Shown: one piece after another, positions 7,803-14,429 of the stretch | Layout: every line of letters begins with the position of its first letter | How positions within the stretch are numbered: position 1 is the stretch's first letter | Virus record (IMG/VR): IMGVR_UViG_3300011337_000412 | Span: 1-32,102 of that record | DNA length: 32,102 nt | Direction: 5' to 3' (one strand) | Source of the DNA: a virus | Taxonomy: Duplodnaviria; Caudoviricetes | Position numbers and translations under genes: made by a program | The notes under the pieces: generated by a model | Told to the model about the DNA's origin: nothing | What the model saw: only the letters and a program-made list of their open reading frames with translations | Databases searched by the model: none

Positions 7803-8501
7803 TTACAGCAGGATTTCTGGTCCTGTGTACTTGCGGATTTGCATCCAAGGTTTCTCTCCACTTGGTAGCGCAAGCCAGCTATCAAAGTTTGGCTCCGGTC
7901 CTTTATATGGCCAGCATTCTGGACATACATAGTACTTGCTTGGTCTTGACACGCTTGGGTAGCTAAAATCGCAAACCTCGCAGTAGCGTTCAAACTTGGC
8001 TGGTCTACCTTTGACACCGGATGGTCTTAAACCAAACCCAATGCGCTCTCCTTCTGCCCAAAACTCATCGCTATGGTCAAAATAGGTAAGGTGTGCTATC
8101 TCGTGGTAGAGCGTCTCAAGGATTTGAACAAACCCCCAATCCTCATAGTACTTGTAAGATATTGATATTTCAAATGTACCACCCTTTTCAGGTCGGCCAT
8201 AGCTGCGACATCTACCAGCGTACCCAACCTTATATTTGTTAATAGTAAGGTAATCAGGACGCTTTAGCACTGAACCTGGCTCAACTCCCGCACCCACATA
8301 ATGCACAGCCATACAATAGTTATATGCTGCCCAAAGGAAGGTGTGTAGTTCTACCTTGCTCAACGTCTTGTCTTCAATGTCATACTTACCAGCAAAGTGG
8401 ATGTTGTTGATAAAATTGAACTCCTTTTTAAGGCGCTCCACCAACTTGTCCTCATCTACATAAACGTGGTCTTCCCAACCATTATCTCTTTCTCTCGACA
8501 T
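7803..8501 (-). CDS. SprT-like zinc metalloprotease with C-terminal zinc ribbon
   Basis: AGRC, TLYHEIAH (HExxH), third ligand in HSDEFW, CEVC...CPEC. RBS GGAG. Confidence 0.85.
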   Translation of the reverse strand: MSRERDNGWEDHVYVDEDKLVERLKKEFNFINNIHFAGKYDIEDKTLSKVELHTFLWAAYNYCMAVHYVGAGVEPGSVLKRPDYLTINKYKVGYAGRCRSYGRPEKGGTFEISISYKYYEDWGFVQILETLYHEIAHLTYFDHSDEFWAEGERIGFGLRPSGVKGRPAKFERYCEVCDFSYPSVSRPSKYYVCPECWPYKGPEPNFDSWLALPSGEKPWMQIRKYTGPEILL

Positions 8502-8798
8502 TTTCTTTCTCCAGCTGCGGATGTTCCGCAGTCCTTATATTTGCTACTCTCTCCGCCTATGATGCGCAGTGCTCCCTTGCGGGTGCTGATTGGTTCATCC
8601 TGCTTCTCTTCCACACCTAACCCATCAGTTCTGCTGGTTGCTTACCTCCTTCTTGGAACTCATCGGTTTCAGGAGAGCCAACGTCAGTTGGGGTTTGTGC
8701 GGGAGCCCTGCTATCAGTACCTCTCCTGCTATGTTTAGTAACGTGCTGCTTGCGGGAGCCTTTCGGTCCCAGTAGATTAGGCACTTGGGCTTTGTCTA
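8502..8798 (-). ncRNA. Candidate structured RNA or long 5' leader, about 300 nt
   Basis: GC-rich, lies between a consensus promoter and the SprT start, has GAAA and GCAA tetraloop hairpins and several stems, and no convincing ORF. Confidence 0.5.
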
Positions 8799-8803
8799 CT
8801 TCT

Positions 8804-8832
8804 ATTATACATCATTCCGCAAGGATTGTCAA
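8804..8832 (-). promoter_or_regulatory. Consensus sigma-70 early promoter
   Basis: TTGACA (8827-8832), 17 nt, TATAAT (8804-8809). Confidence 0.9.
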
Positions 8833-8882
8833 CTTACCTGCTTGGTAGCCTGTGCGCTGGTCTTGCTTCCTGTTGTATCTCT

Positions 8883-8910
8883 ATTATACACCATTCCGCA
8901 GGATAAGCAA
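8883..8910 (-). promoter_or_regulatory. Second, tandem early promoter
   Basis: TTGCTT, 16 nt, TATAAT. The spacer is nearly identical to that of 8804-8832 (TGCGGAATGrTG). Confidence 0.75.
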
Positions 8911-9020
8911 CTCCACCTTCTTTTGAATAATGCCACGATTTATTAACCATTGTAATCGTAGGATTGTACATAGCCTTGATTAGCGGGTTAGGGTATAATA
9001 AGAAAAAAACCTCAAGACTT

Positions 9021-9080
9021 ATGTTGACTAAATCAGTAGGAATATACTACTTAATAATGTTGACTAAATCGATTGGAATA
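9021..9080. repeat. Direct repeat with a 36-bp period (ATGTTGACTAAATC-N4-GGAATA, two copies)
   Basis: 9021-9044 and 9057-9080 share the 14-mer and the GGAATA block at the same offset. Confidence 0.8.
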
Positions 9081-9118
9081 CTATGAATAAATAATGCCAA
9101 AAGTTTTTCAGATACTGC

Positions 9119-9146
9119 TTGCTATTTATGCTATAAAGTGTATAAT
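9119..9146 (+). promoter_or_regulatory. Sigma-70 early promoter
   Basis: TTGCTA, 16 nt, TATAAT, then a TGTAAG/CTTACA leader hairpin and RBS AAGGAG. Confidence 0.8.
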
Positions 9147-9186
9147 ATGTATGTAAGGTTGATTACACTTACAAAGGAGAAATCAA

Positions 9187-9414
9187 ATGGTTAGTTATTG
9201 GACTTATAGTAAAGATACACAGTATCTGATGGAAATAGTAAAAGGCAAAAATGGAAAGTTTGCTGTAGTAAATCTGGAAAGATTTCCAATGACATTTGAA
9301 AGGTCATTGAGCCAGTGTAAAGAAGAAATCAGATATGCGATAGAAACAGAAACACTAACAGGAAGTCAAGAAGAAATAGCAGAAATAATCCAGAAGTTAG
9401 ATAAGATGAAATAA
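9187..9414 (+). CDS. Small early hypothetical protein, 75 aa
   Basis: Has its own promoter, a strong RBS and a terminator. Confidence 0.85.
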   Translation: MVSYWTYSKDTQYLMEIVKGKNGKFAVVNLERFPMTFERSLSQCKEEIRYAIETETLTGSQEEIAEIIQKLDKMK

Positions 9415-9419
9415 GCAAG

Positions 9420-9449
9420 AAGCCCCTCCTTTCAGAGGGGCTTTCTTTT
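9420..9449 (+). terminator. Rho-independent terminator
   Basis: AAGCCCCTC/GAGGGGCTT stem plus U-rich tail. Confidence 0.88.
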
Positions 9450-9536
9450 GCTTTTGTAGTATCAATAATAAATAATGAAATGAAAATATTTTTGCCTTTT
9501 TTTCATTCTACCCTGATTTTTCAGGTTTAGTAAAAG

Positions 9537-9692
9537 TTCGTACATCTATCTAAAAAAGTTCGTACAAGTACCATTTTATTTTCGTACATCTTTTACTTTT
9601 TTTCGTACATCTTTTACTTGTACGAGTTTTTTAGCCTATAAATCCATTCTCTTATATAACTCTCTATAACTAAAATAACTAATAATAACTAT
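9537..9692. repeat. Putative replication origin: iterons plus AT-rich repeats
   Basis: TTCGTACA at 9537, 9559, 9581 and 9602 (spacing 22, 22, 21), inverted TGTACGA at 9619, then ATAACT at 9656, 9666, 9675 and 9685. Confidence 0.7.
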
Positions 9693-9963
9693 TAAAGGAG
9701 AAACCCAGAAAAGGCTTCGCCTATTTATTTCTTTTTTTTTAATAAAGAGAGAGAAGGTCCGCTTCGCTCCAGCTAAATAAGAGAGAAAATAAGAGAAGGA
9801 AATAATATACAATATAGAGAATAATAAAATATCAAACTTGGAGGAATAAAAAAATGGTTATTGATATTACAAATACAGCTCTTGTTGTAATGGGATTGTA
9901 TTTAATAAATGAAGTTAGGTTATATATGCTGTATTCAAAAATATTAGAACTTGAAAAAATAGT

Positions 9964-9992
9964 TTGCATTGATAAGAAATAATAGGTATAAT
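9964..9992 (+). promoter_or_regulatory. Sigma-70 promoter of the plus-strand operon
   Basis: TTGCAT, 17 nt, TATAAT, then AGGAG. Confidence 0.8.
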
Positions 9993-10013
9993 GATAGACA
10001 GGAGAAAAATGAA

Positions 10014-10964
10014 ATGTACACAGAAGAAGATTACCAAATAGAACAGCAAAGAGATTTTTATAGCTCTATGATGAATGACTATAATAAGCCAAACAAAAAG
10101 AAATCTCAAAAAGAAGCATACTTTGTTTTTGAAAGTGCAATACAGTTAAGAATAAGCACACAATATTTTGAACATAAAGAAATAGAAGCAAAAGACTTTA
10201 GACATATCCAAGGTATTAGAGAAGCTTATAACTTTATTGGTAAAAACCACTATACCGTAAAACATTCATTCAAATGGTTCAATGATAACTTAAAGGATGA
10301 ATGGTTATATTGGTCTACTGATGATTGGGTTAAAAATGATAAAAAGGGTAGATTTATTCTTGAAAGTTGGATAGACCAAAACATAGTCAAAAATGCTATA
10401 AAACACTATCAAAAACCTATAAGCATACCAAAACCCATAATAATAGCAGAAACGCCTAAAACAGTGGTTATTGAGCCTAAAAAAGAAGAAGTAGAAGTTG
10501 CTATAGTTAAGATTAAAAAAGAAAAGCCAATATTCCATCCTACTCATAAACTTGTAGTAAAAGATGGAAAGGTAGATATAAATAGTTTAATCCTTGCTTT
10601 AGCTGATTTGGTTTGGAGGGAGCCAAATAGGAAAAACTTATATTATATTGATAAGCTTGATTTATCTGAACTTACTAATGACCAAAAAGATTATGTAAAG
10701 GCTGTTTTCTATCCTAATAAAAATAATGGAAATATCGCAGTATTACAAAACAACCCTTACTGGACTATTGAAAAAGCAGGGAAGAATATTATGTTAGTGC
10801 CATCAAGAAAAAGAGAAGGCTATTACTACATAGATAATAAAAATGGTAATCCAGGTTTAGTATCATTAACAACTATCAGCACCAGACTAAATATAGCAAA
10901 AAATACAGTTATTTATAGACTATCAAATATGTCATTGAAAGATTTAGTAAAAATGTCCAAATAG
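10014..10964 (+). CDS. Hypothetical DNA-binding protein, candidate replication initiator (start reassigned to MYTEE at 10014)
   Basis: RBS AGGAG before ATG 10014, basic composition, C-terminal HTH-like segment (LTTISTRLNIAKNTVIYRL), adjacent to the iterons. Function is inferred from position only. Confidence 0.5.
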   Translation: MYTEEDYQIEQQRDFYSSMMNDYNKPNKKKSQKEAYFVFESAIQLRISTQYFEHKEIEAKDFRHIQGIREAYNFIGKNHYTVKHSFKWFNDNLKDEWLYWSTDDWVKNDKKGRFILESWIDQNIVKNAIKHYQKPISIPKPIIIAETPKTVVIEPKKEEVEVAIVKIKKEKPIFHPTHKLVVKDGKVDINSLILALADLVWREPNRKNLYYIDKLDLSELTNDQKDYVKAVFYPNKNNGNIAVLQNNPYWTIEKAGKNIMLVPSRKREGYYYIDNKNGNPGLVSLTTISTRLNIAKNTVIYRLSNMSLKDLVKMSK

Positions 10965-11042
10965 TAGAAGGTGTATATAAAAAGTCTCCAGAATAGTAAA
11001 TATGTTATAAGTTGTATAACGTAAATATAGGAGACTTTTGAA

Positions 11043-11669
11043 ATGATAGGAAAACTTTTTGATAGCGGATTTCGGGATTGGGATTTATTAGAACACGAGC
11101 TTTTATTACAAGCAAAAGTAAATATTAGACAACATATTAATGAACTTAAATCCCAACAAGAAGAGATAACAAATAGACACAACCATATGATGCAAATAGA
11201 TACTACACCAAGATTTTTAAATACATTTGATATTGATGCTTTATTGACACCACAAGGAGTTGATTTTGATTGTTTAATACAAGAACAAGGTATTAGTCAG
11301 TTTCAACCATTTGCGTTGAATGAATACAAGATTTATGAAGATAGTACAAAAAGAGGGTTTTTAAAAAAATCCCAAAGATTAGCATTAGTAGAGTTAGCAA
11401 AGAAGAGCAACTTACCAGCATATTGTATTTGGAGCCATAATAACAAGGATGGTTCTTATACTTGGTTTAGAATATGTTTGCATCATACAACAGAACAAAA
11501 TATTGGTAAATATGGTATAATGAGCGATAGACAATATTATACTTGGAAGATGAGATTGAGAAAACTATACACAGAGATTGATACTGTACATTTAGAAACA
11601 TTATCAGATACATTGGTTAGAAACAGCGACAAGATTATGGAGGATATATTAAATAATGCCAGCAAGTAA
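11043..11669 (+). CDS. Hypothetical protein with a PD-(D/E)xK nuclease-like motif
   Basis: D.D...ALNEYK...SQRLALVELAKKSNLPAYCIW pattern. RBS AGGAG. Confidence 0.5.
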   Translation: MIGKLFDSGFRDWDLLEHELLLQAKVNIRQHINELKSQQEEITNRHNHMMQIDTTPRFLNTFDIDALLTPQGVDFDCLIQEQGISQFQPFALNEYKIYEDSTKRGFLKKSQRLALVELAKKSNLPAYCIWSHNNKDGSYTWFRICLHHTTEQNIGKYGIMSDRQYYTWKMRLRKLYTEIDTVHLETLSDTLVRNSDKIMEDILNNASK

Positions 11670-11865
11670 TAACACATTTGGAATGACACAAATGGAAATA
11701 GCAAATAAGAGTGGTTTACATCAAAGTCATATTAGCAAGTATCTCAATGGTAAATCAATGCCTACTTTGGTTAATATTGAAAGGATTGCTGATGCTTGTA
11801 ATATTACGATTGAAGAAGTTAGTCAGTATCTTTTATCAGCATACAAGACAAGAAAAGCAGGATAG
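11656..11865 (+). CDS. XRE/Cro-family HTH regulator
   Basis: GMTQMEIANKSGLHQSHISKYLNGKSMPTLVNIERIADA is a classic HTH_3 pattern. RBS GGAGG. Confidence 0.92.
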   Translation: MPASNNTFGMTQMEIANKSGLHQSHISKYLNGKSMPTLVNIERIADACNITIEEVSQYLLSAYKTRKAG

Positions 11866-11913
11866 TTGTTATACCTCCAAGTATATATTAAATAATGTAC
11901 TTGGAGGACTATT

Positions 11914-12684
11914 ATGATGCATACAAGTTGGACTGATTATAACATTAGTCGTAAAAAAAATAAGTTACCTACTCTCGATGATGATAGATGGTTAGCAGAT
12001 AAATATAATAATGGTAGGGATAAGGATGCTAATAAGGCAGCAGAAGAAATCTTATCATTATATGGAAATCTTGCTCATAGTATTGCTATTAAATGTAAGG
12101 GTAGAGGAGTTGAGTTAGAAGATTTATTACAATCAGCAAAAATGGGATTATTATATAGTCTTACAAAATACAATGCTGATAAAAGTAAACTATCAACTTA
12201 TGCTACACCTTGGATTTGGCAATATTGTTTGAGAACTATTGAAAATACAGGAAGAACTATTAGACTTCCAAATCATATCCACGAGGCTTTAATACAAATC
12301 ATTAGAGCAGGAATAGATTTAGATTATACAGAACTAATAAAAATAATAGATTTACCACCAAGTAGAATACAGGCTGCTCTTGATGGATATAAAACAATGA
12401 CAATGAGCCTGGATGATATTAATGATATATATGAGGATAAAAATATGGACAGAGTTATTTTAGACAGCGTAATGGAAAGTGTTTTAGAGTTGTTTTCAAA
12501 GGATGAGTTATCTCTCAATGTTATTAAAGATTATTGTGGTCTTGGCGATGAAGATGAGATGATGGATGTTCAGTTACTTTCTGCTAAATATAATAAGCCA
12601 GTAAGAGAAATGACTGATATCTTAAATACAGCTCTTAATGCTATTAGAGACAGTGGTATTCTTGATGGAGAAACAATAGAATAA
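11914..12684 (+). CDS. Phage-encoded sigma-70 family RNA polymerase sigma factor
   Basis: Region 2 GRGVELEDLLQSAKMGLL...KLSTYATPWIWQ and RTIRLPNHI, region 3 SLD, degenerate region 4. Confidence 0.92.
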   Translation: MMHTSWTDYNISRKKNKLPTLDDDRWLADKYNNGRDKDANKAAEEILSLYGNLAHSIAIKCKGRGVELEDLLQSAKMGLLYSLTKYNADKSKLSTYATPWIWQYCLRTIENTGRTIRLPNHIHEALIQIIRAGIDLDYTELIKIIDLPPSRIQAALDGYKTMTMSLDDINDIYEDKNMDRVILDSVMESVLELFSKDELSLNVIKDYCGLGDEDEMMDVQLLSAKYNKPVREMTDILNTALNAIRDSGILDGETIE

Positions 12685-12685
12685 T

Positions 12686-13111
12686 ATGGAAAAAAAGATT
12701 AGTGTTGGTTATGATTGCTATAAGAGTATTGTAAGCGATAATGAAGATTTGCGTAATGAAAATGAAGAGTTAGAAGAAGCAGTAGAACAACTAAAAAAAG
12801 AACTACAAGAAGCTAAATCAGAACATACAATGGACCAAGCAAGAGTTGTATTTGCTCATCATATATTAAATGGTTGTAGAGACGAGCAAGTTTTAATACA
12901 CCAGGATAAAAAAGCGCAAGAAGTTGTATTTTGGAAGATGAAGAGCGATAAGTATTTTTATGAGATGGAACATTATCAAAAAAGTAATAAAGCTTGGCAA
13001 ACAAAATATGAAAGTTTATTCCAAAAACATCAAGAGCTTTTAGGAGCAATCGTAGAACTTGAAAATGTTATAGATGATTATCAAAAACATAGCAAGTGTT
13101 GTAAGAAATGA
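12686..13111 (+). CDS. Coiled-coil hypothetical protein
   Basis: Heptad-rich E/K/L sequence, RBS GGAG, in operon. Confidence 0.75.
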   Translation: MEKKISVGYDCYKSIVSDNEDLRNENEELEEAVEQLKKELQEAKSEHTMDQARVVFAHHILNGCRDEQVLIHQDKKAQEVVFWKMKSDKYFYEMEHYQKSNKAWQTKYESLFQKHQELLGAIVELENVIDDYQKHSKCCKK

Positions 13112-13221
13112 ACCAGCTATTATTTTGGTTTAGTATAGTTCAACTTTTCTTATGTGGATTTTATTTTGGATATTTATTTGGCGATAGAAATGAGAAAAAA
13201 AGAGAAAAAAATGAAAAGTAA
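13108..13221 (+). CDS. Small membrane peptide, 37 aa (MNQLLFWFSIVQLFLCGFYFGYLFGDRNEKKREKNEK)
   Basis: Hand translation. ATGA overlap with the upstream stop, one hydrophobic helix and a charged tail. Confidence 0.6.
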   Translation: MNQLLFWFSIVQLFLCGFYFGYLFGDRNEKKREKNEK

Positions 13222-13279
13222 ACTGGGCGATTATGTAATAGAAAAATATTTAGAATGGTTGAAGGAAAAAGATAGATAG
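13211..13279 (+). CDS. Possible 22-aa peptide (MKSKLGDYVIEKYLEWLKEKDR)
   Basis: Overlaps the previous stop codon and looks like an amphipathic helix. Confidence 0.4.
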   Translation: MKSKLGDYVIEKYLEWLKEKDR

Positions 13280-13404
13280 ATGTTGTATAATATAAGTGTA
13301 AGTGGAAATCAGACAGGATAGTAGACGTACATTAAAATGAGCAATACATAAACTTACAAGAAATAAATAACATTTTTGTTTATTTTGCAACACAGTCTAA
13401 AGAA

Positions 13405-13452
13405 AATAACCCCGGAGGTAAACGTATTTTTACGATGAGACCGGGGTTATTT
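13405..13452. terminator. Bidirectional terminator-like hairpin where the two transcription directions converge
   Basis: AAATAACCCCGG/CCGGGGTTATTT 12-bp stem with a large loop. Confidence 0.7.
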
Positions 13453-13457
13453 GTATG

Positions 13458-13643
13458 TTATCTCTTAAATCTATTAAACTGTTCTAACTTTAAAATATAT
13501 GCTAAATGTGCTAAATCAACTGGGTCGAGTTTTTGTAGTTTTATTTTTTCTACTGCCAATGTTGGTTTTGATAAGTTTATTGTTTTTGTTTGATTGTGTA
13601 AAGGATTTTGTACTAAAAATAAAAGACAGATTAGACTACTCAT
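13458..13643 (-). CDS. Small protein with hydrophobic N-terminus, possible lysis accessory
   Basis: Likely start MSSLICLLFLV overlapping the upstream stop. Downstream of the endolysin. Confidence 0.5.
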   Translation of the reverse strand: MSSLICLLFLVQNPLHNQTKTINLSKPTLAVEKIKLQKLDPVDLAHLAYILKLEQFNRFKR

Positions 13644-13878
13644 AACCTTTTCCAATACCAGCTTTATTTGCTGTTTCTACTTTTACTTTGCGATGATACA
13701 TTTCTACTTGCACAGCTTTATCTAACAGCTTCATATCATCATCAGAAAGGGGCTTAAATACCTCTTTTACGCCATTCTTAATCAAACTATCCATCAACAT
13801 ACTACCAAGTGGAAAAGAAGCTAAATCCACTTCAGGAACACCGATTTTCTTCTTCAAAAAGTTGCTAATAATACTCAT
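13636..13878 (-). CDS. Hypothetical protein, 80 aa, in the lysis region
   Basis: RBS AGGAG, directly after the endolysin. Confidence 0.7.
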   Translation of the reverse strand: MSIISNFLKKKIGVPEVDLASFPLGSMLMDSLIKNGVKEVFKPLSDDDMKLLDKAVQVEMYHRKVKVETANKAGIGKGYE

Positions 13879-13886
13879 TCTATCTC

Positions 13887-14411
13887 CTAATACATTTTAA
13901 TAAAACCGCCAAATACTCCAAAGTTTATCCATTTTCTATGTTTACGGTAAACTCCATCTCCATTTGCAGTTACTACATCAGTTTCTGGGCCAGTATTACC
14001 TTCAACCATTAATACTCCACCCTCAATAGTATTTATTACAACTCCAATATGGTATATCCTGCCTTTTGTTTTGCTATAGAATAAACCAAGATAACCTTTT
14101 TTCAATAGTTCTGGATTGTCTCTTGCTTCTTGAACAGTAATAAATCTTTTATTATCTTTTGCCCAAGCAGCCCAATCAGGTGTCCATCCAGATAAATCCA
14201 TAAAAGATTTAGGCATTTTCTTCTTTAGTTTTTTTGCTGCTTCAATGTATCTATATTTAACAAAAGCTGCACACCAAGCATAACCTTCATCAAGATTTAC
14301 TGTTTTTAAATACTTGGCGATATGGTCTCCGTGGTTGTCTTCGCCCTTTTCTGTTGTGCCTACATTTAACAGTGCTTCTTCCGCTGCTTTTATTGCTATT
14401 TGTTCGTCCAT
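13887..14411 (-). CDS. Endolysin, CHAP / NlpC-P60-type peptidoglycan hydrolase
   Basis: AWCAAFV (catalytic Cys), HIGVV (His), VEGNT and DGVYRK motifs. Confidence 0.88.
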   Translation of the reverse strand: MDEQIAIKAAEEALLNVGTTEKGEDNHGDHIAKYLKTVNLDEGYAWCAAFVKYRYIEAAKKLKKKMPKSFMDLSGWTPDWAAWAKDNKRFITVQEARDNPELLKKGYLGLFYSKTKGRIYHIGVVINTIEGGVLMVEGNTGPETDVVTANGDGVYRKHRKWINFGVFGGFIKMY

Positions 14412-14416
14412 ACATC

Positions 14417-14429
14417 ATTTTATCCTAAC
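14417..14429 (-). promoter_or_regulatory. Candidate late promoter (GTTAGGATAAAAT) giving a leaderless endolysin mRNA
   Basis: GATAAAAT is 5 nt before the ATG with no SD. Same geometry as 7082. Confidence 0.45.

Noticed and set aside
8620-8720. Hammerhead ribozyme, SRP RNA, tmRNA or tRNA in the GC-rich leader
   Set aside because: CUGA and GAAAC fragments occur but there is no intact CUGANGA...GAAA core in order, no SRP helix-8 consensus and no tRNA-like ends.
7547-8775. ORFs 7547+, 7733+, 7748-, 8397+ and 8590+
   Set aside because: They cross promoters, terminators or the SprT gene and are expected in locally GC-rich DNA.
9021-9095. Mini-CRISPR or TIGR-like array suggested by the 36-bp period
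   Set aside because: Only two units, the constant part is 14 nt, the variable parts resemble each other, and no Cas or Nop-domain gene is present.
11656-11865. Lysogeny module
   Set aside because: A lone XRE gene with no integrase, no divergent CI/Cro pair and no att-like tRNA fragment.
9915-13049. ORFs 9915-, 10305-, 10913-, 11711+, 12324- and 12813-
   Set aside because: Shadows of the plus-strand operon with low-complexity F/L/I composition.
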